IMG/VR virus record: IMGVR_UViG_2645727743_000001
Location: 1 to 6,833 of that record
Strand: one strand, 5' to 3'
Source of the DNA: a virus
Taxonomy: Duplodnaviria; Heunggongvirae; Uroviricota; Caudoviricetes
DNA length: 6,833 bases
The notes beneath the pieces are model-generated. The model had not been told where the DNA came from. It was given only the letters and a program-made list of their open reading frames with translations, and did no database searches. This document shows positions 1 to 5,979 of this stretch, piece after piece (position 1 is the stretch's first letter; each line of letters begins with the position of its first letter). Both the position numbers and the translations under genes were made by a program.

Positions 1-603
1 CAGAAGCAGAAAAAGCTTATTATGCTTCCATCGGAAACGATGATCTGGCAGCCTGAGTTCACAGATAAAACACTCTCCAGGAAACCCGGGGCGGTTCACG
101 GCGTAAAGATTTGTCATGTAATTATTTACGGTGACAGCCGATCTCCCCGGTTGCGTAACAATATAATTACTTTTGGGGATCTGGTATCCAGTAAGTAATT
201 CTTTACGTACCGCCAGCAATTTTTCTTTATTAATCGACGAGGCAAGATTTTTTTCACCGATTATGCTCAGAATATTTTTGATGACGGCACGGTACGTGTT
301 GAGTGACGTTTTTGCGACTTCCGTTTCTTTCAGTGCCAGAAATTTTTCAGCCAGTTCCTTTATGGTTAAATCTTGTCGGGCCTCACCAAATTTTTCCAGA
401 TTGTGTGAGGAGGGAAACTGTTTTGCATAGTCGAAAACACCAGTTTTTATTGCGTAACAAACAGAGGCGCGCAGCTCACCTGCAATGCGCCTGTTTTTTG
501 CCGTGTCAGGAACCCCAAGATTTTCCCTGATTCTTACACCTTTATAAACAAACCAGATACGTAATTTCCCTCCATGGTTTTCCACGCCTGTCGGATATTT
601 CAT
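1..603 (-). CDS. int: Tyrosine integrase, N-terminal portion only (start at 603, continues past the left edge of the window)
   Basis: Minus-strand frame is open from ATG (revcomp of 601-603) to position 1; it is absent from the ORF track because it has no stop in the window. Hand translation begins MKYPTGVENHGGKLRIWFVYKGVRIRENLGVPDTAKNRRIAGELRASVCYAIKTGVFDYAKQF..., which resembles the arm-binding N-terminus of lambdoid integrases (Rac IntR from memory starts MSKLPTGVEIRGRYIRIWF). It lies 35 nt downstream of xis on the same strand. Possible weak SD GAGAGAAG upstream. Residues encoded by about 1-105 look less integrase-like to me. Confidence 0.6.
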   Translation of the reverse strand, partial: MKYPTGVENHGGKLRIWFVYKGVRIRENLGVPDTAKNRRIAGELRASVCYAIKTGVFDYAKQFPSSHNLEKFGEARQDLTIKELAEKFLALKETEVAKTSLNTYRAVIKNILSIIGEKNLASSINKEKLLAVRKELLTGYQIPKSNYIVTQPGRSAVTVNNYMTNLYAVNRPGFPGECFICELRLPDHRFRWKHNKLFLLL

Positions 604-637
604 TTCAGCTTCTCTCGTTGGTTAGTGTTACTTTTGC

Positions 638-889
638 TCAGGTAAGATGACGTCTTGGTCTTGCAGGTGCCTGGCGCTCAATCCAGCGGTCAATTTCTTC
701 CAGGTTGTAAAAGCATGGGCTGTTATCCCATGGCATACAGTCATGGGCGACATGCCTATACTCCCTTCCTTCCATAAACGATTTTTCCCTGGCTTTTTTT
801 AGCGTTCCCTTTTTTATTCCTTTCAGTGCAATTAGCTGTTCTTCGGATACCCATTTACCGGGAGAGATAATCATGATTACTTCGCTCAT
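638..889 (-). CDS. xis: Excisionase (lambda Xis-like)
   Basis: 83-aa ORF MSEVIMIISPGKWVSEEQLIALKGIKKGTLKKAREKSFMEGREYRHVAHD... has the W...R...GREY pattern of lambda/HK022 Xis (lambda DGREYLFHESA, from memory) and sits immediately upstream of int on the same strand. The start is uncertain: ATG at 889 or the in-frame ATG at 874 (MIISPGKW...); both have weak SD. Confidence 0.6.
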   Translation of the reverse strand: MSEVIMIISPGKWVSEEQLIALKGIKKGTLKKAREKSFMEGREYRHVAHDCMPWDNSPCFYNLEEIDRWIERQAPARPRRHLT

Positions 890-958
890 CGCTTTTATCT
901 CTTACTTCAGATGAGCGCCGGTTGCAGAATACCAGTCACAACCGGCGGTGGTTGAACA

Positions 959-3439
959 TTAAAAATCAGCCTGACTCGGGATCAGTTTTTGTATCGTAGC
1001 TGTAACGTATTTTGCCTGGTGACGGGCGTCATCCAGTGCATTGTGGCGCACGCCTTCGAATGGAATAACGGTTCTGGCATCAAAGTCGATTGTTTTTCCC
1101 AGCTCAACGATTGTGCGTACATCGCGATCGTTGTGGTAGCGCCACGGGCAGGGGATGTCCAGACGTTCGTATGAGGTGCGCAAAATTGCGTTATCGAAAG
1201 TCGCACCATTACCCCATACCTGAACGAATTTTTCATCTGAGTATTCGTTGATGAACTCCCGAAACTGCGAAAGGGCATCCTTCAGTTTTACCTGGTCTGT
1301 TAAAATGGCAGCTCTGGCTTCACTGGACTGCTTCAGCCACCATTCGATGGTTCCACCGTCAGGAACAGCCCCTGTATTCATTGCGTCAGTCAGACTGATA
1401 ACGATATAAAATACTGGCCCGATTTCCCCTGTTTGTGGGTCGAAGAAAACCGCACCAATAACCACGATGGGCGCATTGGTGTTGGTTCCCATTGTTTCAA
1501 GGTCGATCATCAAGTGGTACCACACTCTGCTGGTGGATGTGATAACGTGATGACCGTTCACCGCAATTAAGGGATCTGCCGTCTCGCCAGTTTCATTATC
1601 GCTGGCGTGGTCCTGAGCGCTGCCAGCATTCTCCTTGTGTGGATGTTCAGCGCCTTCCATTTCCTCCGGATCATTTTCCTGAACTTCAACCCGATTCTCT
1701 TCATTGAATGTTTCCTGGTATGTTGCGTCGCCCATCACCGCGCCACAATCAGGGCAGTTGCCGCCGCCGGTCTGACCGCAGGCGGTGCAGATCTTTTCCG
1801 GTTCCTGTTGCACTACTGGTTCAGGTTGTTTCGTTTCTGGCTCATTTTGTAACGCATTTGGGCTGTTTTGTTCCGCTTTCTGGCCGTTCTGTTCCGTTTC
1901 TTGCTGGTTCTGGTTCACAGAATCGCGGGTTTCCATCCCCTTCACCCATTTCGGATCATTCGGATCGCTAATTCCTGCAACAAATTCACCACGTGATACT
2001 GCAAGCAGTTCATCGGCGTCAGGCTGGCTGATATTGGCTGCCTGCATAATGTTGTTTACTTCGTCAGCGGTAACTTTTACCGGCCCTGGTTGTGCGGTCG
2101 TGTCAGATGCACCAGTATTTTGTTGTGAACCTGAGTATGTACTGTTTTTGCGGACGAAATATTCTTCTTTCGTGATTTCAGTAGCCCCGGCAGCCAGTGC
2201 CTTATCCAGACCAGAAAGTTTGTTTGCGCGACCGTATTTTTCGCCATCCTTGTCGGTGAAGAGGAAGTAGAACGGCCCCTCACGCTCTACAGATGGTTCG
2301 ACTTCCACTTTGCATTCGGTTTTTTCGTTGTCCGGAATTGCCGTTTCCACTGCATCAGTTTCTGGTACTGGCGACGAGAGAGTATCAGTTGCGCTCTGAT
2401 TTGTTCCTTCATCTTCAAACACGCCCTTTGTAGTCAGGTATTCAGTAATGTATTTGTTCAGTGCCACAGGGTCTTTGTGAATGTCGATCGGACGTTCACG
2501 GACAAGGCCAAAAATAGTCTGGCGGTCGTAGCGAAGGGCATCAGGCTGTTTGCGCATTGATGCTGAGATACGCTTCCAGTCTTCGCGGTCGTTGTTGATA
2601 ACTTCATTTTTTGCCCAGCGATGGATGCTGCCGTCAATGTTTCCGGCATCAACATCACCAGGCCACAGAGCGTAGGCCAGTTCATCATCCAGTGTTTTCC
2701 ATGTCTGCTTATATTCGCGACGAATGACAGCAATGACAGGGGAGATATTTTCTGCTGAGTTTTCAGTGTGCTGTCGGTTGACTCTGGCGCGGGCGAGATC
2801 AACAGCAGACGTGTATTTTCCGGTTTCCTTGCGTTCACCTTCGCGACGTTTTTTCCAGATGCGCATCTCTGCCTGAATTTCGGGCCATTTAGCACCAGGC
2901 TTACATTTATGCTTAACCCACCCGATGGCATGCAACTTAAGCTCCGGATACATGGCGTTAACTTCTGGCATTTTCATCAACGCTTCAACGATATGGCCGT
3001 CGAATGTTGCCATGTCTTCCTGCAACAATTCCTGTGCACTAATCACCATATCAACGGTGATGTTTTCACATGTGTCGAACTTAACCATGACAGCGTTCTG
3101 TACTTCAGGGGCCAGCTTGTCAAAAGTGACGTTCATCGGATCGGATTCAGTCTCAACCGGGACAAAGGAAGCAGACTCCTCATCCCAGCGGTTTTCCTGC
3201 ATATATTCAGCATCCCAGGAATCGAGGGCAGGGCGGGGTATACCGGGTTTATCCTCGCAAACAAGAAATTTATAAGCGCAGTCCTGAGCAGCCGGATAAT
3301 GTTCCAGGAATTGCCAGTGAAATTTTGCGCGGGCGCGACGTTCATCACCGGCTTCAATGGCAGTGGCTACAGCGACGGCACCTTCTTCCTTTATTGCCTG
3401 TTCGTCCGGAATGGCGGCGCAAATAAAGACTTTACTCAT
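959..3439 (-). CDS. ydfE: YdfE-family prophage protein, full length, with C-terminal DEDDh 3'-5' exonuclease domain (often annotated exodeoxyribonuclease VIII in lambdoid prophages)
   Basis: 826-aa ORF with SD GAGGT 9 nt upstream of ATG at 3439. The N-terminus MSKVFICAAIPDE...AVAVATAIEAGDERRARAKFHWQFLEHYPAAQDCAYKF matches my recollection of K-12 YdfE. The C-terminus carries DEDDh motifs: MIDLETMG (Exo I), WGNGATFDNAIL (Exo II), HNALDDARHQAKY (Exo III). The central region has a CxxC-x7-CxxC zinc-ribbon-like motif (CTACGQTGGGNCPDCG), a Q/E/P-rich low-complexity linker and the RecE-like segment LLAVSRGEFVAGISDPNDPKWVKG. Confidence 0.85.
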   Translation of the reverse strand: MSKVFICAAIPDEQAIKEEGAVAVATAIEAGDERRARAKFHWQFLEHYPAAQDCAYKFLVCEDKPGIPRPALDSWDAEYMQENRWDEESASFVPVETESDPMNVTFDKLAPEVQNAVMVKFDTCENITVDMVISAQELLQEDMATFDGHIVEALMKMPEVNAMYPELKLHAIGWVKHKCKPGAKWPEIQAEMRIWKKRREGERKETGKYTSAVDLARARVNRQHTENSAENISPVIAVIRREYKQTWKTLDDELAYALWPGDVDAGNIDGSIHRWAKNEVINNDREDWKRISASMRKQPDALRYDRQTIFGLVRERPIDIHKDPVALNKYITEYLTTKGVFEDEGTNQSATDTLSSPVPETDAVETAIPDNEKTECKVEVEPSVEREGPFYFLFTDKDGEKYGRANKLSGLDKALAAGATEITKEEYFVRKNSTYSGSQQNTGASDTTAQPGPVKVTADEVNNIMQAANISQPDADELLAVSRGEFVAGISDPNDPKWVKGMETRDSVNQNQQETEQNGQKAEQNSPNALQNEPETKQPEPVVQQEPEKICTACGQTGGGNCPDCGAVMGDATYQETFNEENRVEVQENDPEEMEGAEHPHKENAGSAQDHASDNETGETADPLIAVNGHHVITSTSRVWYHLMIDLETMGTNTNAPIVVIGAVFFDPQTGEIGPVFYIVISLTDAMNTGAVPDGGTIEWWLKQSSEARAAILTDQVKLKDALSQFREFINEYSDEKFVQVWGNGATFDNAILRTSYERLDIPCPWRYHNDRDVRTIVELGKTIDFDARTVIPFEGVRHNALDDARHQAKYVTATIQKLIPSQADF

Positions 3440-3532
3440 GTTGTTTTAACCTCATTACAGATTTAAGGGTGAACAAATCCCTGCCATTGCTGGCATATAA
3501 AAATGAAACCGGATATTAATTACGGAACTGTT

Positions 3533-3724
3533 TTAAAGACCTGCCGGGATTTCGTTATTATCCATGTGAATAACTTTATCGACCGGATAGCAGTTACCGG
3601 GAATTTTTTGTTCTGCTGCGGCAGCCATGCATTCTTTCATTGAACCGTAAATGTCAATAACCATGTCAACAGGCTCGCCAGTATTAAGAAAAACAGTCAG
3701 AGTGAGGGCAATAGTAGTATTCAT
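3533..3724 (-). CDS. ydfD: YdfD-like small lysis protein (63 aa, N-terminal hydrophobic segment)
   Basis: The ORF track gives 3533..3778, but the supported start is the internal ATG at 3722-3724, preceded by SD AAGGA (8-nt spacer) and overlapping the dicB stop in an ATGA arrangement. Product MNTTIALTLTVFLNTGEPVDMVIDIYGSMKECMAAAAEQKIPGNCYPVDKVIHMDNNEIPAGL is 63 aa, the length and position of Qin YdfD. Confidence 0.75.
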   Translation of the reverse strand: MNTTIALTLTVFLNTGEPVDMVIDIYGSMKECMAAAAEQKIPGNCYPVDKVIHMDNNEIPAGL

Positions 3725-3909
3725 TGCCAGTATCCTTTTTGCATCGGGCGTAAACGTGCCAGCATTGAAAGAATGCATATTTTATTTAATAGCTCCCGTT
3801 CGTGTTTTCTCTTATTAATGGCATCTTCAGTAAATACAGGGTTACTGATTCTGACACCAATTTCAAAACAACCTTCAGACGTATTGACGTTTGGTAATAA
3901 CGTTTCCAT
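3721..3909 (-). CDS. dicB: Cell division inhibitor DicB (MinC-activating, 62 aa)
   Basis: The ORF track gives 3721..4005, but the internal ATG at 3907-3909 has SD GAGGA 7 nt upstream. Product METLLPNVNTSEGCFEIGVRISNPVFTEDAINKRKHERELLNKICILSMLARLRPMQKGYWQ is 62 aa and matches my memory of DicB. It lies about 185 bp downstream of the DicF-like terminator, as in the K-12 dicB operon. Confidence 0.8.
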   Translation of the reverse strand: METLLPNVNTSEGCFEIGVRISNPVFTEDAINKRKHERELLNKICILSMLARLRPMQKGYWQ

Positions 3910-4092
3910 TATCGCGTCCTCAACAATGAATTTTGTGATGCGGTGCCTGGTGCCTCCAGGTGACGTTAACCAGTTAATAATTAACGCCGGATACAGAGAA
4001 CCCACCCATAAGAACCAATACGGAAGTCAACTGGCCTTTTTAACTGTTCCGCGTGCGCTGAGCCGCATTCACCGCATCACAAAATGCACTTT

Positions 4093-4150
4093 AAAAGGTG
4101 CGGGTATCATGGGAAAAACAAAACGGATACCCGCCAAAAGGTAATCAACA
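4093..4150 (-). ncRNA. dicF: DicF-like sRNA, divergent variant (boundaries approximate; 3' end set by hairpin plus U4)
   Basis: Minus-strand sequence TGTTGATTACCTTTTGGCGGGTATCCGTTTTGTTTTTCCCATGATACCCGCACCTTTT. It contains a 9-bp perfect stem (GCGGGTATC at 4134..4126 pairing with GATACCCGC at 4108..4100) followed by ACC and TTTT (4096..4093). It shares TTTGGCGG..TATC..GTTTT with the K-12 DicF sequence as I recall it, and sits in the expected position between ydfC and dicB. The 5' end is not determinable from sequence. Confidence 0.4.
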
Positions 4151-4480
4151 TGGGTTGTTGCAGCGGGGTTGTCACTCAGGCGTATGGTCAACCTGACAAC
4201 CCGGTGGACATTTGCGAGGAACGGAGAACCCCCGCCATACTTACCGCCGCGCCATTTCGCGGAGTGCCACAACCGGAAGCGCACGGTCGACGAAAATTTA
4301 ACGACAGGCTATCTATGAACCAACCACCTCGCCGTGCGCTTTCGCGTTATGCCCTGACTTTTCAGGGATATATTCTTTCTGTAAACTGTCAGTGCCGGAT
4401 ACTCACCCGTGTCCGGCGCACGCACTCCACCTCACCCGTGGAGAACTCCTTAATTACCAACCCTCAGGAGGGTGAAATTT

Positions 4481-4672
4481 ATGACACAAGAAGAAAAAGT
4501 AATGTTTCTTATGCGCCTGGCTGTGGAAACCTTTAACGCCCATTGCCAGGTGCCCCTTTCACTATCTCACGTTATTTCTCTTGCTACCGAGCAAATGGGG
4601 GAAATTGACGCCATTTACAATACATTTGAAGCATTCCTGGATAAGAAGCTTATGGCAGAGAAGCGTCAATAA
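4481..4672 (+). CDS. Hypothetical 63-aa protein, convergent with and overlapping the 3' end of the 201-aa cargo gene
   Basis: ATG at 4481 is preceded by a strong SD AGGAGGG (4466-4472) with an 8-nt spacer; the ORF track begins at the upstream GTG at 4472. Product MTQEEKVMFLMRLAVETFNAHCQVPLSLSHVISLATEQMGEIDAIYNTFEAFLDKKLMAEKRQ is non-repetitive and reads as helical. No competing long minus-strand ORF spans 4285-4649. No family recognised. Confidence 0.45.
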   Translation: MTQEEKVMFLMRLAVETFNAHCQVPLSLSHVISLATEQMGEIDAIYNTFEAFLDKKLMAEKRQ

Positions 4673-5255
4673 TCCTCATTACCCATCGTAAATTTACAGA
4701 AGTGGGCTTGATGTTGTGTTTTTCAAGCTCGCTCTTCATGATTTCCAGCAGCTTTGAGCTGATAATAAACAAATCAGGTGCATCGTTATTATTTTTATCC
4801 GCATCGTCTTTTTTCGTTTTTAACTCTTGCGGTGAATGTTCGAAAGCAACTTGCAGGGTATTATTTTTAACATCCACAGAGCTTAAAATATGTGCATATG
4901 GATGTGCTATTGTGCGCCCCTGTAAATTTGCATCGTTTTCTAAATCTTTTGATTTCAACAGAACATCAGCAAGACTCTGAATCATGCAGAGATAATCAAA
5001 AACAGTTGCCGTTTCTGTTCTGATTGCTGAAATAACATGACCATTCAGGCAAACAGAAATTACCCGTTCATCAATATCGTTTTCCTGTTTTTGATTATCA
5101 GAACCATATAGCCCTGAAAAAGCATTGCGCACATTACGAACCATATTATCGATGGTTTCTTTTTTGGTGTATGCCGGGTCAATTTTCACCAGACTATCAC
5201 CGAGTGTCGTTGCAGCAATTATCTGGATTTCTTTTGGTAAATCTTTAAATTCCAT
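4650..5255 (-). CDS. Hypothetical 201-aa soluble protein, low-GC cargo gene inserted in the dicB operon
   Basis: Intact ORF with SD GAGG 6 nt upstream of ATG at 5255, starting 22 nt after the ydfC-like stop (operon-coupled). Sampled 60-bp lines give about 33-42% GC versus about 57% in the ydfE gene. No transmembrane segment or catalytic motif recognised; there is a D/K/N-rich linker (KKDDADKNNNDAPD). Confidence 0.75.
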   Translation of the reverse strand: MEFKDLPKEIQIIAATTLGDSLVKIDPAYTKKETIDNMVRNVRNAFSGLYGSDNQKQENDIDERVISVCLNGHVISAIRTETATVFDYLCMIQSLADVLLKSKDLENDANLQGRTIAHPYAHILSSVDVKNNTLQVAFEHSPQELKTKKDDADKNNNDAPDLFIISSKLLEIMKSELEKHNIKPTSVNLRWVMRIIDASLP

Positions 5256-5277
5256 TATTAGCCTCGTTGGTTAACCA

Positions 5278-5496
5278 TTAACGTGGGTATGTAATCATTC
5301 TGGCAATGCTTAATGCCGCTGCTTTTTCCAGATTGGTGATATCCTGCTCCAGAGCGGACAGATTTTCAGCCTGCTTAGCCCTGGCTTCATTGGCCCATTT
5401 CAGGTCCTGCGCAGCCTTAATTTTCTGGTGCATCCACTCATAAAGTTCATCATCGGTATAGTCTGGCGCGATGATGACGGGTTCTCGTTTCTGCAT
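5278..5496 (-). CDS. ydfC: YdfC-like small prophage protein (72 aa)
   Basis: ORF MQKREPVIIAPDYTDDELYEWMHQKIKAAQDLKWANEARAKQAENLSALEQDITNLEKAAALSIARMITYPR with SD GAGGA 6 nt upstream of ATG at 5496. Same length and operon position as Qin YdfC. Confidence 0.7.
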   Translation of the reverse strand: MQKREPVIIAPDYTDDELYEWMHQKIKAAQDLKWANEARAKQAENLSALEQDITNLEKAAALSIARMITYPR

Positions 5497-5525
5497 ACTG
5501 ATTCCTCGCGGTGCTGCTTCGCTTA

Positions 5526-5654
5526 TCAGCCGTTAGATTTTGCCGGGCTGGAAAGCGCCTGTTTAAATTCGCTGAAGCTGAGGGCTTCTTCGCCTTCGGC
5601 AAGGCCTTCGAAGTATTCTTCGTAAGCCTTTTCCATGATTGTGTCGAAATCCAT
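5526..5654 (-). CDS. ydfB: YdfB-like small protein (42 aa), not in the ORF track
   Basis: Hand translation of the minus strand gives MDFDTIMEKAYEEYFEGLAEGEEALSFSEFKQALSSPAKSNG. ATG at 5652-5654 lies 1 nt after the ydfA-like TGA stop (TGAtATG); stop TGA at 5526-5528. Length and position match Qin YdfB. An alternative start is the internal ATG at 5634-5636. Confidence 0.6.
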   Translation of the reverse strand: MDFDTIMEKAYEEYFEGLAEGEEALSFSEFKQALSSPAKSNG

Positions 5655-5655
5655 A

Positions 5656-5811
5656 TCACCCACCTGAATCTCTTTCCAGCCAGCGACGCGCTCCAGATTC
5701 GGTTTTAAACGTTTTGCTTTTGGTATACGTCATTGCGGTGAACGTGCCGTCCTGGTTTGGAAACACGCCGTACACCAGAGATTCGTTGTTGCCAAGATCG
5801 ATAGTATCCAT
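5656..5811 (-). CDS. ydfA: YdfA-like small protein (51 aa, DUF1391-type)
   Basis: The ORF track gives 5656..5865; the internal ATG at 5809-5811 has GAGG 5 nt upstream. Product MDTIDLGNNESLVYGVFPNQDGTFTAMTYTKSKTFKTESGARRWLERDSGG is 51 aa and matches my recollection of YdfA. Confidence 0.7.
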   Translation of the reverse strand: MDTIDLGNNESLVYGVFPNQDGTFTAMTYTKSKTFKTESGARRWLERDSGG

Positions 5812-5889
5812 GCTGACCTCATTTCCCCTTAACGCCGGGGTAGCGGAACTGTTTGCTGAGAACACCGTGCGGTGTCTTGATGGAAAGTA

Positions 5890-5907
5890 ATTTAGAATAA
5901 CCTAACA
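5890..5907. promoter_or_regulatory. Degenerate operator-like palindrome (minus-strand reading TGTTAGG-TTAT-TCTAAAT) in the dicB-operon promoter region
   Basis: Matches the TGTTAGA-N4-TCTAACA pattern at 11 of 14 arm positions. Centre lies 36 bp from the perfect site at 5926-5943, between the dicA stop and the ydfA start. Confidence 0.4.
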
Positions 5908-5925
5908 TGAGAGGCAAGTGTTTTT

Positions 5926-5943
5926 TGTTAGATTGATCTAACA
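5926..5943. promoter_or_regulatory. Operator palindrome TGTTAGA-TTGA-TCTAACA (candidate DicA site controlling the ydfABC-dicF-dicB operon)
   Basis: Perfect 7-bp inverted arms with a 4-bp spacer, read directly from the sequence. Located in the 168-bp gap between the dicA stop (5980) and the ydfA-like start (5811). Confidence 0.6.
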
Positions 5944-5979
5944 AAAAGGGTGGGCGCAACTAATCACTTGAAAAGAATG

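Noticed and set aside
173-530. Plus-strand ORFs 173..430 and 303..530
   Set aside because: They are antisense to the integrase N-terminal coding region, which has a recognisable protein pattern on the minus strand.
989-3466. Plus-strand ORFs (989..1174, 1607..1852, 1708..1971, 1785..2270, 2768..3466, 2925..3275) and minus-strand alternative-frame ORFs (982..1278, 2077..2283, 2458..2931, 3133..3357) inside the ydfE-like gene
   Set aside because: All lie antisense to or out of frame within a long, well-supported 826-aa gene. Their translations are low-complexity or Cys/Ser/Arg-rich, and none has a convincing SD.
3533-4005. Longer N-terminally extended versions of ydfD (start 3778) and dicB (start 4005) as given in the ORF track
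   Set aside because: The internal ATGs have clear SDs and yield 63-aa and 62-aa products matching the known proteins. The extensions would overlap the upstream gene or the DicF region.
3773-4536. Plus-strand ORFs 3773..4144 and 4084..4536, and minus-strand ORF 4069..4284
   Set aside because: The first is antisense to dicB. The other two run across the DicF-like hairpin and terminator region and give Arg/Pro-rich, low-complexity translations. No operon logic supports them.
5428-5890. ORFs 5428..5625 (+), 5511..5708 (+), 5639..5890 (+) and 5450..5659 (-)
   Set aside because: They overlap the tightly packed ydfA, ydfB and ydfC-like genes in antisense or alternative frames. The minus-strand 69-aa frame is very basic and conflicts with the better-supported 42-aa ydfB-like frame.
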